From assembly GCA_020632015.1 (NCBI GenBank), contig JACKGI010000003.1, positions 1,421 to 65,420 on the forward strand: a stretch of DNA of 64,000 bases. Reading direction: 5' to 3'. Positions 37,448 to 44,656 of this stretch are shown piece after piece. Position numbers and translations under genes: made by a program. The stretch is from Candidatus Nomurabacteria bacterium. Lineage in GTDB: Bacteria > Patescibacteriota > Minisyncoccia > Phycocordibacterales > UBA918. The number at the start of each line of letters is the position of its first letter. Position 1 is the stretch's first letter. Under the pieces are notes generated by a model. That model made no database searches. It saw only the letters and a program-made list of their open reading frames with translations, and was not told where the DNA came from.

Positions 37448-37567
37448 CGCTGAGTGACAGCCACTCGACTACTAACTTAATAATGCTACATATTTTGAGT
37501 GCGTCAAACACCTTGTACACACATGATGTAATTAAAGCTTGCTGTTATAAAAACCTGTTGAGGTTAT

Positions 37568-38053
37568 ATGAGAAGAGAGTATTATTTAGATATGAAAAAA
37601 GAAACAGAAGCAAGAAGACCAAAAATTTTGATAATAGAAGACAACGATGCAAATCACTCACTTTTTCGTCAGTCTTTTGAAAATTTCGGTTTTGAAGTCG
37701 TAATTAGCGATACTGCTGAAGACGACTTCGTTGAGGCTGTTTGTGCACTTAAGCCAGATGTTATCTCTATGGATATTATGATTGGTAAAGCAAATATAGA
37801 AGTAGCAAGAGATGGACTGCAAGCACTGGAGTTACTAAAGAGCGATGACCGAACAAAAGACATTCCGGTTATCATGCTCACAAATTTCCATACCGAGGAC
37901 AAGGTCGAAAAGGCAAAGTCACTAGGAGCAGTAGATTACATAAATCTTCAGAGCCGCGTGATTACTCAAGTTCCAGAAATATATTTAAATTATTTGGCAA
38001 ATCCAGAGGTGTACATTCCAGTTCATCCTGCTTTTCAGGCGAAAGTTAAGTAA
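37568..38053 (+). CDS. Single-domain response regulator (receiver)
   Basis: KILIIEDND...DVISMDIMIG...VIMLTN. The start could instead be the ATG at 37592. Confidence 0.8.
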   Translation: MRREYYLDMKKETEARRPKILIIEDNDANHSLFRQSFENFGFEVVISDTAEDDFVEAVCALKPDVISMDIMIGKANIEVARDGLQALELLKSDDRTKDIPVIMLTNFHTEDKVEKAKSLGAVDYINLQSRVITQVPEIYLNYLANPEVYIPVHPAFQAKVK

Positions 38054-38076
38054 ATTAAAATTAAATCTATACGTAA

Positions 38077-38106
38077 CAAGGGGTCACTGTATAGTGACCC
38101 CTTTGT
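38077..38106. terminator. Bidirectional terminator
   Basis: caaggggtcact-gtat-agtgacccctttg. Confidence 0.7.
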
Positions 38107-38107
38107 G

Positions 38108-38539
38108 TTAATTGGAGGGAGGAACTTCTGGTTTTAATAGATGGACAGAACAAAGATCAATATCGTCACTCAGGATGACGTAGTTGTATTTTCCGTTTGT
38201 TGGTTGCGCTTGAATTCTACTCGCCAAGTCTTGATGTTTGTTTGTAAGGTACTGAAGAATACCCATTGGTACCAGATAAATAAAGTTACCAGCAAAGAAT
38301 ATCGCACTCTTCACATCTTCAATATCCATTTGTTCTACCAAAGTGCAAAACAAACTGTGCCATACTTTTGAACGACAAGGCATGTGCAAAAGAATCGCTT
38401 CTTGGTTGCTGAGTGATAGACTCTGGGAGACATACCACAAATATTGATTCATATTTATGGCTCCGTTTCTTAGATAAATTGTTCTTCCTTCTGCCCTCTG
38501 TCTCTCGCCTTGAACTAGCTGTTCATTCAGTTTATCCAT
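38108..38539 (-). CDS. Hypothetical protein (143 aa)
   Basis: ORF with AGAGGA about 7 nt upstream of the ATG. No family recognised. Confidence 0.5.
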   Translation of the reverse strand: MDKLNEQLVQGERQRAEGRTIYLRNGAINMNQYLWYVSQSLSLSNQEAILLHMPCRSKVWHSLFCTLVEQMDIEDVKSAIFFAGNFIYLVPMGILQYLTNKHQDLASRIQAQPTNGKYNYVILSDDIDLCSVHLLKPEVPPSN

Positions 38540-38644
38540 GGTGACGTCCTCTTGTTGTATTGAACCATCTAGTTAAAAGTTAGTACGGATAGCTTGATTT
38601 GTAAACACCCGCTCGCAGAGCGAACGGGTGTTTGAAAAAATATA

Positions 38645-38967
38645 TGTGGTCTTATCATAACGCTTGCTCGAACTACTTGGTCGCGAAGCGACTAACGCTG
38701 GCCGCGCGGAGCGCGTGGTGATGCGGTACTTCCGCGTACGCATTCGCGTTCGTGGTGATGCCTCACGCTCCTTACAGTAGCGGTACACCCTTTGGCTATA
38801 TTCTCCTTGCGTCAAATCTAGCGCAAAAGGTCTTGCGAAAGTCTCCCAGACTTTCTCACCTCCCACCGCCTCCGCTACCCGCTCCGGCGGTACGCTCTCC
38901 AGAACCTCCTTTGCAGTATTCCTTTTTCTTTTGGGCCCGGGAATAGTTTTTGAATATGGAAAAGGAG
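38645..38967 (-). repeat. 323-bp GC-rich repeat, left copy (X); perfect inverted copy at 44173-44495
   Basis: My base-by-base comparison found no mismatch between the copies. Identical spurious ORF translations appear in both copies. Confidence 0.95.
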
Positions 38968-39213
38968 TTCTGTCGGGCGCACTTCCACTATGTCGTGGAA
39001 GTAGGGAGGTGCTCCCGAATTCGGTGCCTCGTGACTTGTTTCCTCGCTAGTGGTTGTCCAGGCTAAAGGTGTGGCACCCTCGGCATCCGCCTCGGGCTAT
39101 TTACGTTAGTGCTTGCCCCACGCCCTCGCGCTGACGCGCTCGGGCTCCCGCCAGTGCATTCATTGGGTTTCACTACAGTATTAATATCGAGTTCCTAGAT
39201 TAAATATTACTTC
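38645..39213 (-). ncRNA. Candidate large structured noncoding RNA (~570 nt) directly downstream of the 977-aa gene; class unknown
   Basis: Visibly GC-rich compared with its flanks. 38968-39213 has no ORF of 60 aa or more in any frame. Many local hairpins (gaaagtc-tggga-gactttc, ttccac-gacata-gtggaa, accgcc...ggcggt, gtcgc-ttc-gcgac). A hairpin at about 38600-38632 follows on the minus strand. Confidence 0.3.
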
Positions 39214-42147
39214 TTAATAATTATTTGGAAGATTGTATGGTTTAATATCTTTTATATCAATAAATCCATTATCTATTCTTTCATCAGTTTTGTTGCGCTG
39301 CCAAGACATGTTTGATTCAAAAACTAGTTTCAAGTCCTCGGGTGTAATGTTTTTCTTTATAAAGTTTTCTATCTCGGGGTCGCTCATGTCCGATGGGTTA
39401 AATGACTCAATATTTTCCAACATACCAATTTCCATCAACACCTTAGTATCAGTTGCTAGTCTACTCAAAGTAGTATTATCTTGCTCTAGCCCTTCGACCC
39501 TAAGTAGAACCGGATTGCTGTCTGCGTATGTAGACCAGTACTTTTCAAAAGTACTAATTATTTCATCACCATCTTCTTCAGACACGTTTTTGTATCCAGC
39601 TTTTAAATATTCCTCTTTACGATTAGTGATTGACTGAACTTTTCTGAGCACATTTCTTTTCGCTTTTTCGTAATCTCTTTCTGAAAAAGCACCGTCTGTC
39701 ATAACATTTAACCACTCAGGGCTACCTTTAGCATAATTAACAGCACCGCCTGAACTCTCACAGCTACCCGTTAAGAACAGCTTATTTGATGAATTAATGT
39801 CATACCAGCCGATAAATTCATTTTTAGGAACATTATTTCGTTCCAGTATGTCCGACAATCTATCAAGATCTGCTTCAAATCCTCGCTCACTACTTTTTGC
39901 CCTGCCACTTTCTAGTATTTCTCTTAAAGCCACACTGTTGGTGCCGTGATACATAACGCCCATTTGTTTATCGTACAGTGACAGACAAACATCTAGGGCA
40001 CTTTCAATGTTTGAATCAAAATCAACAGAAAGATTTTTACTTTCTAGATTAATCATGGAATCAAAAAGTAATTTTCTCTCTTCATTAAAAATTTTGTGAT
40101 CTGGCAATGAAGCTAATTCATTGAAATCTACGCCACGTAACTCGTCCATCATTAGGGTCAAACTATCTAAGGAATCGTCACATTGCATAAGTAATGAAGA
40201 TGCGAAACCCAGTAATATTTCACGCGCTTTTTTATCTTCATAAGATTCAAAAAACGCATTAAATTTTTCTCCTTGTAGAAAAGAAGAGACTTTCATTTGT
40301 TCAAAATTACTATCTTTTTTCATAAGACTGCTTTTGGTCTTTGAATTTTTAACACTTCTTCTTTCTCTCCATTTGTCAAAGTTTCCATCCATATATGCCC
40401 ACAAAGCAGTTTTATCAGTTAGTGTTTCCTTTGGAAAACCAACCAGCTCGAGTGCGCCAGGATACTGCTGTTCGTATACTTGATTTATTTTAAAAATATC
40501 ATTTTGATTCCGGACTCTAATCCAAGGCAAAACTTCACTTTCGATTTTTAGTAAAGACCTCTCGCCATTCTTGGTCTCTATTGTTTCTATTGAGCCTACT
40601 ATAAAACCACGATCGATTTTATCCTGCCAATCTGCCACCTCTTCGCTGTCAGCAGTAGTTTTTTCGTAAGGGTACTCTGTTCTGAAAATTTCTGCGGGCA
40701 TTTTTTCTAACCCACTGGCTTTTATACCAGCAACACGATGTGTCCCGTCAAAAACCGAATAAATTGGACCTGCTGGACCTTCATAACTAGCTAATTTAAT
40801 CCTCTCATTTGTTCCATCTTCCGTGTGAAAAATTCTCTCAATCCCAGTTTCATCTTCTGGATTGTTCACTTGCTGTACTATTTCGCTGATTCGTCCACCA
40901 CGCTCGTCATACTCATGTGCCCATCCATTTTCATAATTATCAGCGTTTGGTCTACCGACAATTTTATCTGTTTCTACAAATTCAAAAATGCTTTGTTCTG
41001 CACGAGAGGGTTCAACATCATAGAGGGTTTTAGTGTCTATAATTGGTTCACCCTTTAATCTTTCGTAATCTGGCTCCTTATTGATTTTTCCTTCGCCCAT
41101 CTGCTCTCGGATCGTTTTTATCGTTTCCACTTTCGTTATTTCTGTTGGAGATTCGATACCACCCTCTGTTTCTACTATTGGTTTCGATTTAGCTGTTCCT
41201 ACTTCAGCAGGTGTCATTCGATCGTAGTAGGCACTTTTTTGAGGAAACCTGTCTCTAAATAATTTTTCTGCAGTTTCTGAAGGATCATATTTTATATTTC
41301 TTTTAAATTCACGATCGTCATCGCTGCTATACGTATCAGCCTCCTTCAAACAGGCGGCATAATCAGGATCCTCCTTTAGCGACTTAGGGAGCTCCTCTTC
41401 AGAAACTCCCGCAGCTACAACCGCATCAATTTCTGATTGAACAGATTCACGATTTTGGGCTAAGACATCAATCCCTTCTTTTTCTTTCATCAGAGTTTCG
41501 TAACGATCTGATACACCACTCATTTCCACTAATACGTCACGTCTGTGTAACTTAAGACGATCTGAATCGGGGTCGCCAGACTCGATAGATGTGTTCAGAT
41601 CGTCTAACTCAGCTTGAAGTTTTTCTGTAGCTCGATGATTACGTTCTATACGCTCATTGAAATCTGCTTCTTGCTTATCAAACGATGAAAGCTGGTTGCG
41701 TAATTCTGCAGTCCGCTGGTCTATTACTTGGTCAGCAACGAATCCTTTGACAACCTCGTCTTCTTGTTCGGGTGATTCAGCACCAGAGTTGATGAGATCA
41801 ATATCAAGTCGACTACTGGATATACTATGTTCAGCTCTACTAATCCTGTTTTGAATTTCTGGTAAATGAAACTCGAAGTGAGAAGGCTCGGTTGTATTGT
41901 TATTTCTCCACCTTTCCAGATCTGCTAAGGCGGTATCTCGACCAATTTCGGTTAAACGGATTCCTTCTTCAAGAGCCTCGACCCGTTCCTGAGGCGTGTC
42001 CTCAATAGGGTAGCTTTCTACTTCTACGCTTTCTGGAGCACTAAGAGATTCATCTGGTTGCTCGGACATCTCAGACTCCCCACTTGTTTCAGTGGGAGGT
42101 GTTGCGGAAGGATTCTCAAAACTCTCTTTCATACTCATATGATACAC
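39214..42147 (-). CDS. Large (977 aa) multidomain protein: acidic coiled-coil N-terminus, central ParB/sulfiredoxin-like motif, C-terminal region with a possible ADP-ribosyltransferase/Tpt1-like motif
   Basis: ParB-type signature SVFDGTHRVAGIKASGLEKMPAEI (aa ~464-487). C-terminal MYHGTNSVALREILESG (aa ~732-748) resembles the HG[ST]...IL..G start of PARP/Tpt1-type folds. GTG start at 42147, or ATG at 42138 or 42132. Confidence 0.6.
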   Translation of the reverse strand: MYHMSMKESFENPSATPPTETSGESEMSEQPDESLSAPESVEVESYPIEDTPQERVEALEEGIRLTEIGRDTALADLERWRNNNTTEPSHFEFHLPEIQNRISRAEHSISSSRLDIDLINSGAESPEQEDEVVKGFVADQVIDQRTAELRNQLSSFDKQEADFNERIERNHRATEKLQAELDDLNTSIESGDPDSDRLKLHRRDVLVEMSGVSDRYETLMKEKEGIDVLAQNRESVQSEIDAVVAAGVSEEELPKSLKEDPDYAACLKEADTYSSDDDREFKRNIKYDPSETAEKLFRDRFPQKSAYYDRMTPAEVGTAKSKPIVETEGGIESPTEITKVETIKTIREQMGEGKINKEPDYERLKGEPIIDTKTLYDVEPSRAEQSIFEFVETDKIVGRPNADNYENGWAHEYDERGGRISEIVQQVNNPEDETGIERIFHTEDGTNERIKLASYEGPAGPIYSVFDGTHRVAGIKASGLEKMPAEIFRTEYPYEKTTADSEEVADWQDKIDRGFIVGSIETIETKNGERSLLKIESEVLPWIRVRNQNDIFKINQVYEQQYPGALELVGFPKETLTDKTALWAYMDGNFDKWRERRSVKNSKTKSSLMKKDSNFEQMKVSSFLQGEKFNAFFESYEDKKAREILLGFASSLLMQCDDSLDSLTLMMDELRGVDFNELASLPDHKIFNEERKLLFDSMINLESKNLSVDFDSNIESALDVCLSLYDKQMGVMYHGTNSVALREILESGRAKSSERGFEADLDRLSDILERNNVPKNEFIGWYDINSSNKLFLTGSCESSGGAVNYAKGSPEWLNVMTDGAFSERDYEKAKRNVLRKVQSITNRKEEYLKAGYKNVSEEDGDEIISTFEKYWSTYADSNPVLLRVEGLEQDNTTLSRLATDTKVLMEIGMLENIESFNPSDMSDPEIENFIKKNITPEDLKLVFESNMSWQRNKTDERIDNGFIDIKDIKPYNLPNNY

Positions 42148-42179
42148 TTAATTAAACCTTTTTATAAATAAATATTTTT

Positions 42180-42512
42180 ATGCAAAATCAAGATTTTCAA
42201 GATTTTTTGTTTAAGCTGTATGACTTCACAGACCGCTTAGCAGACGAAGCTCAGTTCGACCCGTCTCAGGAGAGTGTTCGAATCCTAACGTTAATTTTCA
42301 TAGAGCAATACTTTGACAGTATTGGTCGGGGTGAAATTAGCCAAGCAGCAAGAGAAAGTGGTGCTGATGCACAGCAATCACTTTCAGAAGCTCATAAGAG
42401 AATTGATGAACTGCGAGGTCAGATAAACTCACTCGTCTCTAAAATTGAAGATATTGAACCTATGGAAAGGTACGCCAGAGAGATAGTGGCTCAGTGGCTT
42501 AAAAAGAACTAA
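42180..42512 (+). CDS. Hypothetical small helical protein (110 aa)
   Basis: ORF divergent from the 977-aa gene. Only 4 nt separate it from the next ORF. Confidence 0.55.
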   Translation: MQNQDFQDFLFKLYDFTDRLADEAQFDPSQESVRILTLIFIEQYFDSIGRGEISQAARESGADAQQSLSEAHKRIDELRGQINSLVSKIEDIEPMERYAREIVAQWLKKN

Positions 42513-42516
42513 TCAT

Positions 42517-43311
42517 ATGGCTAATGATGATAGTGATCTAGAATTTGAATTGATAAGTTTTGTCGACCTGGTTAAACATACCCTTCTAGATATGTTTGAG
42601 TTTAGTGCTCACTCATTTGAAAGCATCCAAGGTCCATATTATTGGAATGGTCTCGGAATGGACTTTATGACCTCAATGCCAACCGAGAAAGTTTTGAAAC
42701 ATGCCGAGCAAGAAGGTGCCAAAAAGGTATATCTTGCTCACACTCATCCCTTGTCGAATGATGATGTATGCAAGTTTCTAAATATAAAAGTTGATCCCCG
42801 TGAGGAAATGGCGTTTGGCTATAAAGCACTACCTTTAGGGAACAAACCTTCATCAGGTGATATCTCATTTCTCAGTCAATTTCAGAAAGACTTTGAAGAT
42901 GCTGGTATTGAAGTGTCTGGTGTAGTGTTTTCTGCCACAGGATTATGGGAATTTAGTATAGTTGACATCCTCAACTTTAACTCCGATAAGTTTGTGGGAG
43001 CGTATGACGTCGTCTTTCCGATTGAAGACAGTGAGGACTTTTTTGATGAACTTTCAGCTAGAAGCGCTTTCCCGAGCTATTTTATGGAACTGCAGAAGCC
43101 AAAAATTAGGGACAATTCATACCAAACACAGCTTGATGGGAAACGAGACATCTCTCCTGTTGATTATAATGAGAACATCGAGTCAATTGTAAAATTTTTT
43201 GGCGATAACGGTATTAGGCTTAAATTTTACCTGTATTCAGACTTTAATATCAATCCACAACAAGTCATGGCTGATACTATTGATCAGTGGTCGGGTCAGT
43301 TCACAACTTAG
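42517..43311 (+). CDS. Hypothetical protein with possible JAB/MPN (JAMM) metallopeptidase motif
   Basis: AEQEG...LAHTHP...(32 aa)...PSSGDISFL resembles E / HxH / SxxD, but the HxH-to-S spacing is unusually long. Confidence 0.4.
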   Translation: MANDDSDLEFELISFVDLVKHTLLDMFEFSAHSFESIQGPYYWNGLGMDFMTSMPTEKVLKHAEQEGAKKVYLAHTHPLSNDDVCKFLNIKVDPREEMAFGYKALPLGNKPSSGDISFLSQFQKDFEDAGIEVSGVVFSATGLWEFSIVDILNFNSDKFVGAYDVVFPIEDSEDFFDELSARSAFPSYFMELQKPKIRDNSYQTQLDGKRDISPVDYNENIESIVKFFGDNGIRLKFYLYSDFNINPQQVMADTIDQWSGQFTT

Positions 43312-43877
43312 AAAACAAGTTCCACAATTTTATCAGCTGTCACATAGACAATGTTAGTATTGTTGTATTTCTGCACCAGACTGTCTTTTGTTGGGTATGT
43401 ATGACCGTGAAAAAAGTATTTTGGCTGCTTCTGGTCCAAATAATTTCGTAAGGCAATTAAGCCTGTGTGGGCAGGGTCATCTTCATCATTGATACCTGCA
43501 GGTGGTGAATGTGCAATAAACACATCAACATATGGAAAGTCTTTCATAAGCTCAACAGCTTCTTCTTGTGTGTACATTTTTGCAAATTGATCATTCTTGT
43601 ACTTGTGTGATCCATCAAAACCACCGAAGGTTATACCGCCAACTTCTATTGTATTCAAGTGCATATCTGCGATACCTAATTGCTCCATATAGCCTGGTGT
43701 GCAGTGATTACCATAAACACCAATCTTTGGAATGTTCGTAATTAATTCAAGTTCCGCGATCTGGGTATATTCAAGGTCACCAAGTGTAATAACTAAATCA
43801 ATATTCTCATCCAGAACTTGATCTTTAATCGAACTTTTAGGTGGGCGATCTGCTATTACTAGTACTTTTAGATCCAT
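43308..43877 (-). CDS. Calcineurin-like metallophosphoesterase (YfcE/MJ0936-like)
   Basis: VLVIADRP, ITLGDL, VYGNHC, IAHSPP, FHGHTY. ATG at 43877, directly after the HTH stop. Confidence 0.8.
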   Translation of the reverse strand: MDLKVLVIADRPPKSSIKDQVLDENIDLVITLGDLEYTQIAELELITNIPKIGVYGNHCTPGYMEQLGIADMHLNTIEVGGITFGGFDGSHKYKNDQFAKMYTQEEAVELMKDFPYVDVFIAHSPPAGINDEDDPAHTGLIALRNYLDQKQPKYFFHGHTYPTKDSLVQKYNNTNIVYVTADKIVELVF

Positions 43878-43881
43878 GATA

Positions 43882-44103
43882 CTAATCGACGAAGTAGTCG
43901 AGTTTTCTTTTGAATAATTTTGCAATTGCTGAGAGTTCGATAACGTCAATTCGTCGTTCGCCTCGTTCGATCTTTGAAATGTATGATTGAGGTTTGCCAA
44001 GCTTCTCAGCAGCTTCAGTTTGCGTCAAACCGGCCGCTTCGCGGGCTTCGCAAAGTTTCTTGATGACTGTTTTGTATTCACTGCTGTGAATTGACTTTGG
44101 CAT
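43882..44103 (-). CDS. XRE-family helix-turn-helix transcriptional regulator
   Basis: LTQTEAAEKLGKPQSYISKIERGERRIDVIEL. Confidence 0.88.
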   Translation of the reverse strand: MPKSIHSSEYKTVIKKLCEAREAAGLTQTEAAEKLGKPQSYISKIERGERRIDVIELSAIAKLFKRKLDYFVD

Positions 44104-44116
44104 ACGACTTAAATGT

Positions 44117-44150
44117 ATAACCCATTGTAGGATAACCCAAAATAGGTTAT
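44117..44150. promoter_or_regulatory. Putative operator of the XRE regulator: three ATAACC half-sites
   Basis: ATAACCCA at 44117-44124 and 44132-44139, with inverted GGTTAT at 44145-44150, immediately upstream of the HTH gene. Confidence 0.4.
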
Positions 44151-44172
44151 TCTTTTATTATCCTCCAGAACA

Positions 44173-44495
44173 CTCCTTTTCCATATTCAAAAACTATTCC
44201 CGGGCCCAAAAGAAAAAGGAATACTGCAAAGGAGGTTCTGGAGAGCGTACCGCCGGAGCGGGTAGCGGAGGCGGTGGGAGGTGAGAAAGTCTGGGAGACT
44301 TTCGCAAGACCTTTTGCGCTAGATTTGACGCAAGGAGAATATAGCCAAAGGGTGTACCGCTACTGTAAGGAGCGTGAGGCATCACCACGAACGCGAATGC
44401 GTACGCGGAAGTACCGCATCACCACGCGCTCCGCGCGGCCAGCGTTAGTCGCTTCGCGACCAAGTAGTTCGAGCAAGCGTTATGATAAGACCACA
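44173..44495 (+). repeat. 323-bp GC-rich repeat, right copy (X'), inverted relative to 38645-38967
   Basis: No mismatch found by eye. The 3' end (gataagaccaca) abuts the 139-bp repeat Y. Confidence 0.95.
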
Positions 44496-44629
44496 AATTG
44501 AAACATTACTCATTCCACGACCCCTATCCGCAAAGCGGATAGGGGTTTGTGTGTGCATGAAATCGGTTTTTGTATTGTACGCAAAGACCAATTCCGAGAG
44601 GACGGGCACGCCGAAGCGCGCGGATTTGT
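44491..44629 (+). repeat. 139-bp inverted repeat, left copy (Y)
   Basis: Its reverse complement matches 46047-46185 with no mismatch by my comparison. Contains the hairpin cccctatccg-caaa-gcggatagggg followed by TTTGTGTG. Confidence 0.95.
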
Positions 44630-44656
44630 TCTTGTTTTAAGTATCTTCAATGCATT

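Noticed and set aside
38573-38946. ORFs 38573-38866(-) and 38752-38946(+), and their identical twins 44274-44501(+) and 44194-44388(-), considered as protein-coding genes
   Set aside because: They overlap each other on opposite strands and are Arg/Pro/Ser-rich low-complexity translations of a GC-rich repeat. They have no convincing RBS, and their ends change where the repeat ends. They are better explained as stop-codon-poor noncoding sequence.
38645-39213. The GC-rich tract considered as RNase P RNA, a group II intron, or a 23S rRNA 5' fragment
   Set aside because: - **RNase P.** GAGAAAGUCUGGGAGACUUUC superficially recalls the RNase P P4 strand, but it forms its own local hairpin, and no ACAGAAxCCGGCUUA-like partner exists.
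- **Group II intron.** GUGCGCCCGACAGAA at 38985 recalls a group II 5' end, but there is no domain V/VI and no RT.
- **23S rRNA.** AAGCGACUAA...GUGGUGAUGCC on the plus strand recalls the 23S 5' end, but the similarity does not continue.
- **Overall.** None of the three is supported.
44570-44656. N-terminal extension of the recombinase ORF (start at 44570)
   Set aside because: The extension lies inside the 139-bp repeat and is Arg/Cys-rich. The conserved resolvase N-terminus begins at MSKPKYFLYARKST (ATG at 44657).
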